IMG/VR virus record: IMGVR_UViG_3300042503_001397
From: an uncultured virus (IMG/VR IMGVR_UViG_3300042503_001397)
Lineage: Duplodnaviria > Heunggongvirae > Uroviricota > Caudoviricetes
Reading direction: 5' to 3' (one strand)
Length of the DNA stretch: 64,000 nucleotides
A program made the position numbers and the translations under genes. The notes beneath the pieces were generated by a model. It was not told where the DNA came from, did no database searches, and saw only the letters and a list, made by a program, of their open reading frames with translations. Shown in pieces: positions 20,527-28,830 of this stretch (position 1 is the stretch's first letter; every line of letters begins with the position of its first letter).

Positions 20527-20726
20527 AAGCTACCACTCCAAAAATGATTTAAATGAGTCCAAGTTTTACGTTGAATTATCTTCAATACATTTGATGGTGA
20601 TACCTTATTGTTTTGGGCAATAACTTTAATATTACGATGACCCATTCTCCATAGGTCTCTAATGATTAAAACTTGTTCCTCTGTCAGTTTTGCTGACGGG
20701 TGTTGCTGCCCTCTTAAAATTGCCAT
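20523..20726 (-). CDS. Small HTH DNA-binding protein (like the C-terminal domain of HNH homing endonucleases)
   Basis: RGQQHPSAKLTEEQV..IR...IAQ...VS...V..I..RKTW.H. Confidence 0.7.
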   Translation of the reverse strand: MAILRGQQHPSAKLTEEQVLIIRDLWRMGHRNIKVIAQNNKVSPSNVLKIIQRKTWTHLNHFWSGSL

Positions 20727-20749
20727 AAATGTAACCTTTATTTTTTGTT

Positions 20750-21013
20750 CTACTTCAATCCTTCGTTGATAGCGTTTACATACGCCATCTTAGAAGACAT
20801 TCCAGTAAATCTATTTATTTCTACTCCATCTTTTACTATCACTACAGTTGGTACTGAACGTACTCCGTATTCAGTTGCTGCTTCATATGCCGTATCTACA
20901 TCATAATCAGTAAACTTAACATTTGTAAATTGTCCCTTAACTTCATTCATAATAGGAGCTAATGCTCTGCATGGGCCACACCACACTGCTGAAAATTTCT
21001 TTACTTCTAACAT
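20750..21013 (-). CDS. trxA: Thioredoxin
   Basis: WCGPC, VRSVPT. Confidence 0.95.
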   Translation of the reverse strand: MLEVKKFSAVWCGPCRALAPIMNEVKGQFTNVKFTDYDVDTAYEAATEYGVRSVPTVVIVKDGVEINRFTGMSSKMAYVNAINEGLK

Positions 21014-21035
21014 CTTCTTTTTTTATTTTAATTGT

Positions 21036-22814
21036 TTATGCTTCACAACTTACACAGTCAGGGTTCATAGCTTGTTGAGCTATATCTCCTCTCAATACTG
21101 ATTCAGTTCTCATATAATATAATGTTTTAACTCCTTGCTTCCAAGCTTCCAAATGTACCTGATTAATCCATTTAGGGTCAGCTATTGCTGGAAATGCTAA
21201 ATTCAATGAAACCGCCTGGTCTATATATTGTTGTCTAACACCTGCTTGTCTTACCAAATCCAATTGATTAATTTCTTTGAATGTTTTGAATACATCTTTA
21301 ACTGATGTACATTTATGTTTTGCTTCACCCTCTACTTCTTTACACTCCACAATCTTTCCATCTACATAACACCACTCATCTAAAAAATCCAATCCCATTA
21401 CAGAACCACCATCTGCTAAAATCTTATCCCAAGTTTCTTTTGTATCAAATCCTATTTTCTTTAACACCTTTTTTAATTCAGGATTCTTTCTGATGAAAGT
21501 TCCTTTTGATGTTTGTTCGGTAAATACATTAGCTGCCCAAGGTTCAATACCACTACTTACGTTACCACTCAACTTAGAGTTTGATACCGTAGGTGCTACT
21601 GCTCTTAAATGTGTATTTCTCATACCACTTTCTTTACACCATAGTGGTTCACCATATTCAGTTGCTAACCATCTACTTGCTCTTTCAGATTCAATCTTTA
21701 ATTGAGAGAAAATCTTACGGGTTTCAAATTGAGCTTGTAAACCTTCAAATGGCAATCCTTTTTGTTGTAAATAAGTGTGCCATCCCAATACACCTAAACC
21801 CAATGCTCTACCTCTTTCTGCTGAACGTACTGAATTTTCAAATCCTTTTAAGTTTTTAGCTCTTTGGATAAATTCTTCCAATACACCATCTAAAAAGATA
21901 GTAGCTGTATAAACTAAATCCGTATCTTTCCACTCATCGTACTTTGCTAAGTTTAGAGAACTTAAGCAACAAACAAATGAATGTTGTTCATCAGTATGTA
22001 ATACGATTTCAGAACATATATTAGTCATATGAACTTTCAAACCATTCTTTTTATACATTTCAGGATTTGCTTTGTTTACATTTCCTTTATACATAATGTA
22101 TGGTTCACCAGTTGCTTTTCTTTTTTGTAATAATTTACCCCACTTTCTACGAGCATCAGGCTCACCTTCTTCTAACTTCTTCATAAATCTATCACTAATT
22201 ACAACACATTGATGTAAGTTAAGTGATTGACGATTTACATCTCCCTTTGGTTCTCTAATCTCTAAGAAATCTTCAAAATCTTTGTGTTCAATTTTAATGT
22301 TTACCGATGCTGCTCCTCTACGAACTGAACCCTGATTTGTAGCTAGAATAGTTGAATCATAGATTTTACAAAATGGAACTACACCATCTGATGTACCATT
22401 TCCAGTAATTTTAGTACCAGCCGGTCTAATCATATTAATACCAATACCAACACCACCGCCATGCTTTGCTAACAACATCAATTCTAAATTCTTAGAACCA
22501 ATCTCATAGATACTATCACCCACATCAATACCGAAGCATGAAATAGGTAATCCTCTATCAGTACCAGTATTTGCTAATACAGGTGTTGCTAAACATAACC
22601 AACCCTTCCACATATAATCAAAAAACTTTGTTGCTAATTGTGGTTTATCCAATCTCTTAGCAACTGCCGTAGCAACTCTCCAATATGCATCTTTAGGCTT
22701 TTCGCCTGATTGTAAATAAGTCTTTGATATAGTTTTTATATATATCTCATTGTTTCCCCAAGAAGGAAAATCAACATCAATCTCCCAACCATTTTCTTCT
22801 CCGTAATTTTTCAT
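21036..22814 (-). CDS. nrdA: Class I ribonucleotide reductase alpha subunit (no ATP cone)
   Basis: PISCF, TNICSEI, VAPTVS, KTLYYMR, C-terminal CVSCE. Confidence 0.95.
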   Translation of the reverse strand: MKNYGEENGWEIDVDFPSWGNNEIYIKTISKTYLQSGEKPKDAYWRVATAVAKRLDKPQLATKFFDYMWKGWLCLATPVLANTGTDRGLPISCFGIDVGDSIYEIGSKNLELMLLAKHGGGVGIGINMIRPAGTKITGNGTSDGVVPFCKIYDSTILATNQGSVRRGAASVNIKIEHKDFEDFLEIREPKGDVNRQSLNLHQCVVISDRFMKKLEEGEPDARRKWGKLLQKRKATGEPYIMYKGNVNKANPEMYKKNGLKVHMTNICSEIVLHTDEQHSFVCCLSSLNLAKYDEWKDTDLVYTATIFLDGVLEEFIQRAKNLKGFENSVRSAERGRALGLGVLGWHTYLQQKGLPFEGLQAQFETRKIFSQLKIESERASRWLATEYGEPLWCKESGMRNTHLRAVAPTVSNSKLSGNVSSGIEPWAANVFTEQTSKGTFIRKNPELKKVLKKIGFDTKETWDKILADGGSVMGLDFLDEWCYVDGKIVECKEVEGEAKHKCTSVKDVFKTFKEINQLDLVRQAGVRQQYIDQAVSLNLAFPAIADPKWINQVHLEAWKQGVKTLYYMRTESVLRGDIAQQAMNPDCVSCEA

Positions 22815-22823
22815 AAACTTTTT

Positions 22824-23837
22824 TTAAAATATATCATCCCAATTTTCACCTTCACCAGCCTTACTATAATCAGTAGGTCTCATAGCGAAGAAATCCGTAT
22901 GGGTTACTCCACCTGTAAGATGGTAGAACCAATCTAATTCAGATGCTTTCTTTTCGTTAAACTCAAAGTAGTCATCTCCACCTTTAATTGGGTTGTATCC
23001 TAATTCTCCTAATTTCTCATTAACTCTTTTTGTAATGAATTCTTTTAAGTTATCTTTTTTAAGATTATCCAAATCACCCATTTCAAAAATTTTATCAATA
23101 AATTTATGTTCTAAATCTCTAATAATTAGTGCTGCCTCATAAATATCTTTTTTAGCTTCCTCTAATAATTCAGGAAACTCCTCACACATGTGTCTGAATA
23201 ATTGACAACCCATCTTTGAATGTAGGGATTCATCTCTTACACTCCACTTCATTTGTTGTCCGATTCCTTTTAATAGATTTCTCATTTGAAAAGAATACAA
23301 TACAGCGAATGATGAGTATAATGCTACACCTTCAGCAAATGCCGAAAAGATAGCAAGTGAACGAGCAACTTCAACTCTAGCCTGATGATTTGTTTGTAAA
23401 TCTTTAGGAGTCCAATCTGCAGTTGTGTTTGTTAATAACTCAAATCTTTCCTTCATTGTTTCATCATGTAGGAAACCTGCGAAATCATCTAATCCCAATG
23501 TTTCATTAAGATATGAATATGCAACTGAATGGATTGTTTCTTGCGAACCAAATGCCATCGCCATCTGTCTAATCTCATGCTTTGGAAACCATTTGGTAAC
23601 CATACCTGTCCAATAATCTGATACTGCACATTCCGTTTGAGCAAACCCCAAAAGAATATTTCCAACTAAATGTTTTTCTTCTTTTGTTAAATTCTCATTC
23701 CAATCCTTCACATCTCCCTGCATTGGGATTTCAGTATGTAACCAAAATGCTTGCATTTGTTTCAACCAACCTTCATTGTAGTAGTCTGGGAATTCAAATG
23801 GTTTGTAGGGAATCCTATCCGTAAATAATTTGCTCAT
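22824..23837 (-). CDS. nrdB: Class I ribonucleotide reductase beta subunit
   Basis: FW..E, QTEC, ETIHSVAY, EGVALYSSF, RDESLH, DFF....TDY. Confidence 0.95.
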   Translation of the reverse strand: MSKLFTDRIPYKPFEFPDYYNEGWLKQMQAFWLHTEIPMQGDVKDWNENLTKEEKHLVGNILLGFAQTECAVSDYWTGMVTKWFPKHEIRQMAMAFGSQETIHSVAYSYLNETLGLDDFAGFLHDETMKERFELLTNTTADWTPKDLQTNHQARVEVARSLAIFSAFAEGVALYSSFAVLYSFQMRNLLKGIGQQMKWSVRDESLHSKMGCQLFRHMCEEFPELLEEAKKDIYEAALIIRDLEHKFIDKIFEMGDLDNLKKDNLKEFITKRVNEKLGELGYNPIKGGDDYFEFNEKKASELDWFYHLTGGVTHTDFFAMRPTDYSKAGEGENWDDIF

Positions 23838-23970
23838 AGTGTAATCTAATTTTGTAAGTTCTTTGAGGGGTGAATATAAATACAATATATACTCATAAAC
23901 CTTTCAGAATTCACAACTATTTTTTAATATTTTTGTCTGTTCTTATTAATGTCTATTATAACATATAGTT

Positions 23971-23990
23971 AGGGGAGTGTTACCTCCCCT
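23971..23990 (-). terminator. GC-rich hairpin, probable terminator
   Basis: AGGGGAG-N6-CTCCCCT just after the Hc1-like stop; the T tail is weak. Confidence 0.55.
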
Positions 23991-23996
23991 ATCATA

Positions 23997-24167
23997 TTAT
24001 GCTTTTTGCTCTGCGGTAGATGCTTGTCTATACGCAGTAATCAATTTCTTCAAATCACCGATAGCTTTTCTAGCTCTTGATTTGTTTACTTTTTTAGTTC
24101 CGTTGTGCTCTGTTTCAAATTGTGTAAACAAAGTCTTCATTTGTTCGAATAGTTCTTGACTGTTCAT
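23997..24167 (-). CDS. Histone H1-like (Hc1 family) small protein, 56 aa
   Basis: Below the track cutoff: MNSQELFEQMKTLFTQFETEHNGTKKVNKSRARKAIGDLKKLITAYRQASTAEQKA. RARKA...K.....R..S matches Bacteroidetes Hc1-like proteins. Confidence 0.7.
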   Translation of the reverse strand: MNSQELFEQMKTLFTQFETEHNGTKKVNKSRARKAIGDLKKLITAYRQASTAEQKA

Positions 24168-24191
24168 AGTTTTTGTTTTTAATTGTTATTA

Positions 24192-25586
24192 TTAACCCAA
24201 TCCAGATACCAGTGCCGGCTTTGCACCAGGCATTGTATCTAAATATTTTTTGTGTAACATTTGTTTTTCCATTTCAGCACCACTAGCACTTTCTTTTGAT
24301 GCTATGATACCATCGGATGAAGATGCTGCATATACTTCTATCGTTCCAGTATTAGTATCCATTTTAGAAGGGAAGGTCAAACCATCCGAACCAAAACGAT
24401 TCTTCATAATGTGTACTCTAGCCGTATTGTTTATCTTATCTTTTGCCTTTCTACTTAAACTCATAATAAAGTCAGCGTTCATTACTTTAGCGTAACTATC
24501 TGCTATCTTATCTGCTTCAATAACCTCACTATCTATTGCTGAACGATTTGTTTGTGATGCTGTCCAAATTGGTATTTGTAACTCACCACTCATTCCTCTC
24601 AAATCGATATATACACCACCTTGCTCAGCGTATGTACTATCAGTTTTATTTGAGTGTGATAATAACAAGTCGGCGTAATCCACAATAATTAAATCGGGCT
24701 TATTACCAGCTGCTATCATCTTCTCAATGTGAAGTTGAATTGTTTTTGATGATGCTCCTTTAGGTGGATAGTATTTAACTTTAAGTTTACCTGGCAATCT
24801 TTTAAGTTTACCATATACTTCATCTTTCTTTTCTTTTAAATCAACAGATGGAATATGAGTAAACACAGTATCGTATCTTAATCCTACATAATGTTGTGAA
24901 AGTTCTAATGTATAATGTACTACGGTCTTACCAGCTCTTACAGCTGCTGCTCCTAAACACGCCAACATCCAACTCTTACCAACACCAGAAGGTGCTACTA
25001 CTACTCCCAATTCACCCGGTCCTAAACCACCACCCATTAAATCATCAACACAATCCCATCCCGTTGCCACAGTCAACCTTCCAGTCTCACTAAATCTTTC
25101 CTCAAAATCTAAAAGGTAATCCATACCTAAATCTGATTCAACTCCAACCTTCATTGCCTTATCAACTAAGTCTTTGATTCTATCGTAGTTGCCTGATTTA
25201 AGTAAATCTACTGATTGTAGAATTACGTTCTTCATATTCTGATTGATACAAAATGATGTGAATTCGTTTTTCACATATTCAAAATCATCTTGTCCAATTT
25301 GTGTGTAGACCGTTTTAAGTTGTTCTACTACTGATTTCTTTAGCGATGGATTATCTAGCTTTGATACTTGCCCTTTGAATACATCCAATGTAGGTTCTTT
25401 CTTATACTCATCGTAATAATCTTTAATCTCTTGTACTATCCATTTGTTAGCATCGGATTCGAAAAACTTCTTATCAATGATTTCGCACAATGTGTCCATC
25501 ATTCTAACATCGGTAAGTAAAGCAGATATTACTTTAGCTTGAAACGATTGCCCATATTTAGAGAGTGTATCTACTTGCTCTGCCAT
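24192..25586 (-). CDS. Replicative helicase (DnaB/T4 gp41-like)
   Basis: APSGVGKS, YTLEL, IVDYADLL, WTASQTNR, MKNRFG. Confidence 0.95.
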   Translation of the reverse strand: MAEQVDTLSKYGQSFQAKVISALLTDVRMMDTLCEIIDKKFFESDANKWIVQEIKDYYDEYKKEPTLDVFKGQVSKLDNPSLKKSVVEQLKTVYTQIGQDDFEYVKNEFTSFCINQNMKNVILQSVDLLKSGNYDRIKDLVDKAMKVGVESDLGMDYLLDFEERFSETGRLTVATGWDCVDDLMGGGLGPGELGVVVAPSGVGKSWMLACLGAAAVRAGKTVVHYTLELSQHYVGLRYDTVFTHIPSVDLKEKKDEVYGKLKRLPGKLKVKYYPPKGASSKTIQLHIEKMIAAGNKPDLIIVDYADLLLSHSNKTDSTYAEQGGVYIDLRGMSGELQIPIWTASQTNRSAIDSEVIEADKIADSYAKVMNADFIMSLSRKAKDKINNTARVHIMKNRFGSDGLTFPSKMDTNTGTIEVYAASSSDGIIASKESASGAEMEKQMLHKKYLDTMPGAKPALVSGLG

Positions 25587-26630
25587 CTATTTTACTATTA
25601 TATTTGTATAAGTTGATTTCAACCAATCGTTTATATCTTTCCAATTTTGAAGTATTTTGTACTTCATAGCTGCTTTAATAAAATCCATCTTATCAAACTT
25701 CTTATTAGGTTCGTTGAAACGGTCTAATATTTTAAGAGTTTGGTTTGTATTGATTTGTGCTTCTTCTAATTGCATGATTTGTCTATTTCTCAATACCTCA
25801 TTCTTTTGCGAAAGGATATCAGCGTATATTTTTGCATCATCTTTCTTAGCTTCACATATACCAAAGAATTCATCAAAGGTAATTAATCTATCTTCCTCCA
25901 ATTCAGGGAATCTTTTTAGTACAGTCTTTAAACCACATCCTTTAACGCCAGGAATATTATCTGAATTATCACCATCCAATGTTCTGAATAGTAAAAGGTT
26001 TTGTGGGTACATTCCCCATTCTGCTTTTACCATCTCTCTATCATAAAGTTTCTTTTTAGTTGGTGAATAAACTTTCGTCTTATCATCTACTAATTGTAAG
26101 AAATCTTTATCAGTTGATACAATAATACATTCTTCATCTTCACCTAATATTTGTCTAGCTATGTTAGCTATTACATCATCAGCTTCGATTCCATCATATA
26201 TCATTGTTGTAATTGGAAGTGAATCTAACAAATCAACTAACCAAACGAATTGGCGTTTCATTGAAAGTTGTTCTTCTTCCTGTGACATCATTTCAGGATA
26301 TTGTCTATTAACTCTAAAACGATTTTTACCTCTGTCAGCTTTGTATCCTTCAAACACTTCCTTTCTACCTTTAGAACCACCCTTACCATCAAAGATAAGA
26401 ACTACTCTAGTCGGATTGAATTGGCGTATTTGAGAACCAATTGAATTTAATGAACCAATAACTCCACCCGTATGGTCACCATCCTCATTCATTGTAGGAT
26501 TGGTAGTCCAACTACGGATGAAGGTATTTAGTCCATCAATGACAAGAACTCTACTATTACGCACTCTTAAGTGTGATGTCTCATGTTCTGATTCTACTTC
26601 GTTAAGAAGCTTTTTGTATAAGTCTTTCAT
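25587..26630 (-). CDS. 5'-3' exonuclease / T4 RNase H-like (FEN family)
   Basis: IDGLN, FDG, YKADR, EADDVI, STDKDFLQL, GDNSDNIPGV. Confidence 0.93.
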   Translation of the reverse strand: MKDLYKKLLNEVESEHETSHLRVRNSRVLVIDGLNTFIRSWTTNPTMNEDGDHTGGVIGSLNSIGSQIRQFNPTRVVLIFDGKGGSKGRKEVFEGYKADRGKNRFRVNRQYPEMMSQEEEQLSMKRQFVWLVDLLDSLPITTMIYDGIEADDVIANIARQILGEDEECIIVSTDKDFLQLVDDKTKVYSPTKKKLYDREMVKAEWGMYPQNLLLFRTLDGDNSDNIPGVKGCGLKTVLKRFPELEEDRLITFDEFFGICEAKKDDAKIYADILSQKNEVLRNRQIMQLEEAQINTNQTLKILDRFNEPNKKFDKMDFIKAAMKYKILQNWKDINDWLKSTYTNIIVK

Positions 26631-26650
26631 TTGTTTTGTAACCTTTTATT

Positions 26651-27772
26651 TTAATCCCCAATTACTTCTGAATCTACAACTAAGTTATCAGAGTCTAGTG
26701 AATCTTTTTTGTATTGTAAAATTGTACCTTCGCAAATTCTTTTATAAATCTGCTCTTTTACTTCCGTATTGTTTTGTAATGTAGAAGGAAAATCTTTCGC
26801 TTGGAACTTAATGATTTCACCAGTATCAATATCAGTATATTCATACCATGCACCACTTTGTTTTACGATTGCGTTTTCTTTCATCATTCCCAACCATGCT
26901 CCGTAGTTATCAATACCTCTATCAAAGAAGATATCGAAATCTGCTGAACGTAATGGTGGTCCCATACGATTCTTTACAACCTGGCATCTTACTTTGATAC
27001 CAACAATTCTATCGTTACCATTTTCTTTTGCCTTAATCGTTCCCATACTCTTTAATCTCAAACGAACTGATGCATGGAAAGCGATTGCTTTACCACCCGA
27101 TGTTGTCCAAGGGTCAGAGAATGGCATTGCGTTCATTTTCTGTCTTAATTGGTTTGTGAAAACTAGAGTGATTTTCTGTCTACCAATAAGATTTGTGATT
27201 TTACGCATTGCTTTGGAAATGATAATTGCTTTATCCGTAGCGTAACCATCCTTACCATAATCAGCTTCCATCTCCTTTTCAGTTGATGCTGCTGCTACTG
27301 AATCCACAACGATTGTTACATACTTATCTTTCGATGAAACTCTTACCTTTTCGATAATCGTTTCCGTATATTCAAAACATTGTTCAACAGTCTCAGCTGC
27401 TACATAAAGTAATTTGGTTGTATCTACTCCAATGGCTTCTAAGAATTCTCTACTTACGGCGTTCTCCGTGTCAATCAATACAGCGATACCACCTAACTTT
27501 TGTGTTTCGGCAAGTAAGTGAGCTGATACTAATGATTTACCACTTTGTTCTAATCCCGTAATTTCGGTAATTCTACCAACAGGCAAACCTCCATAAGGTC
27601 TATTAGAGATTGCCACATCCAACATTGATGCTCCGGTTGATACCCAACCTTCTACGTTTGTAGGGGAGTCATTGTTGTCCAAAAAGAATGCTACCTTTTG
27701 GTCTTTTGCTTGTTTGTTTAGGGAGTCCGCTAGCACTTCTGCTAAGTCTACCTCTTTCGTTGCTTTCGCCAT
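26651..27772 (-). CDS. uvsX: RecA/UvsX recombinase
   Basis: GLEQSGKS, IDTENA, VVDSVAA, TNQLR, SGGKAIAFHASVR. Confidence 0.93.
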   Translation of the reverse strand: MAKATKEVDLAEVLADSLNKQAKDQKVAFFLDNNDSPTNVEGWVSTGASMLDVAISNRPYGGLPVGRITEITGLEQSGKSLVSAHLLAETQKLGGIAVLIDTENAVSREFLEAIGVDTTKLLYVAAETVEQCFEYTETIIEKVRVSSKDKYVTIVVDSVAAASTEKEMEADYGKDGYATDKAIIISKAMRKITNLIGRQKITLVFTNQLRQKMNAMPFSDPWTTSGGKAIAFHASVRLRLKSMGTIKAKENGNDRIVGIKVRCQVVKNRMGPPLRSADFDIFFDRGIDNYGAWLGMMKENAIVKQSGAWYEYTDIDTGEIIKFQAKDFPSTLQNNTEVKEQIYKRICEGTILQYKKDSLDSDNLVVDSEVIGD

Positions 27773-27788
27773 GTTGTTTACTTATTTA

Positions 27789-28610
27789 CTATGAATTGAA
27801 AAGGTCATCAAATGCTGATGCTACATCATCGATTTTCTTCGGTGATTCTTTTGGTGCTGATTTTGTTTCATCAACATCAAATGGTGCTTCATCATTTTTT
27901 GCGGTAGATGCTAACGTTTCTACTGCTGCAGTAGATGTATCTTCATCACCATTAGCGGATGGGTTTAACCAACCTTCTAATACATTTTTCAATTCCGAAT
28001 AAGTCAACTCTTGGTAAAGGTCTGTGATTTCGGTTTGTCCATTGATAAACTTATCAGTTTCTTCTTTAGTTGCTGCTAAAGGAGTTTCTTTTGGTTTAAC
28101 ACGGATTGTTGTTACAGGGTAAGAAGTACCACTGTCTTCAGCTGATACTACTTCAACAGTAATATCTCTACCTTCATTTGGGTCAGTAATATCACCATAA
28201 TCTGGGTCAGCAATGTAACCTAAGATTTCCTGATAAACTGTCTTTCCAAAGCCCCAAAATCTTACACCTTCACCTTCTTCACCTCTTACCAATACTGGTA
28301 CGAATGTTCTAAGTTTCGGCTCCATTTTCTTGGCAGCTTTCCAATCTTCTTTATCACCCATTCTTTTCAACTTATCAGCGAACTCAACGATAGGGTCAGG
28401 TCTGCCAAAAGAAGATGGAGATAGATAAGATTTGTTGTTAATGTTGTAGTGAAAGAATAATTCAATAAAAGGATTCTCTTTGTTGAATTTGTAAGGGACT
28501 AAACGAATAGTGTGTTTGCCCGGAGCTGGTTTCCAAAGTTCTACTTTCTTTGAAGTTGTGCTTTGTAGTTTGTTCAGTCTACCTCTGATTGCGTCTAAGT
28601 TAATAGCCAT
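27789..28610 (-). CDS. Single-stranded DNA binding protein (T4 gp32-like)
   Basis: WKP, IRLVP, FWGFGKTVY, DITDP..G.D, acidic tail AFDDLF. Start taken at ATG 28610. Confidence 0.85.
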   Translation of the reverse strand: MAINLDAIRGRLNKLQSTTSKKVELWKPAPGKHTIRLVPYKFNKENPFIELFFHYNINNKSYLSPSSFGRPDPIVEFADKLKRMGDKEDWKAAKKMEPKLRTFVPVLVRGEEGEGVRFWGFGKTVYQEILGYIADPDYGDITDPNEGRDITVEVVSAEDSGTSYPVTTIRVKPKETPLAATKEETDKFINGQTEITDLYQELTYSELKNVLEGWLNPSANGDEDTSTAAVETLASTAKNDEAPFDVDETKSAPKESPKKIDDVASAFDDLFNS

Positions 28611-28696
28611 TTTTTTACGTTTTAAGAGTTTATGTTTTATGGTTTTATTTAGGTGAGTGTCCTTCACCCTCTATGTATATAAATATTAAGAGATTA

Positions 28697-28729
28697 CAAA
28701 TATACGACAAATTATCGGACTTTCCAAAT
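28697..28729 (-). promoter_or_regulatory. Bacteroidetes-type promoter (proximal, gp32)
   Basis: ATTTG-N20-TATATTTG. Confidence 0.75.
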
Positions 28730-28786
28730 CTTTTTTGAAGTATATTTTTAACCCATTTAAGCATGTATATATGTTTGAGATTTACT

Positions 28787-28819
28787 CAAAGATACGAAAA
28801 ATATACGAAACTACCAAAT
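28787..28819 (-). promoter_or_regulatory. Bacteroidetes-type promoter (distal, gp32)
   Basis: ATTTG-N20-TATCTTTG. Confidence 0.75.
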
Positions 28820-28830
28820 AAAAAAGGGGA

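Noticed and set aside
13400..27772. Introns or inteins in PolB, NrdA/B, helicase and RecA
   Set aside because: Lengths and motif spacing are compact and uninterrupted.
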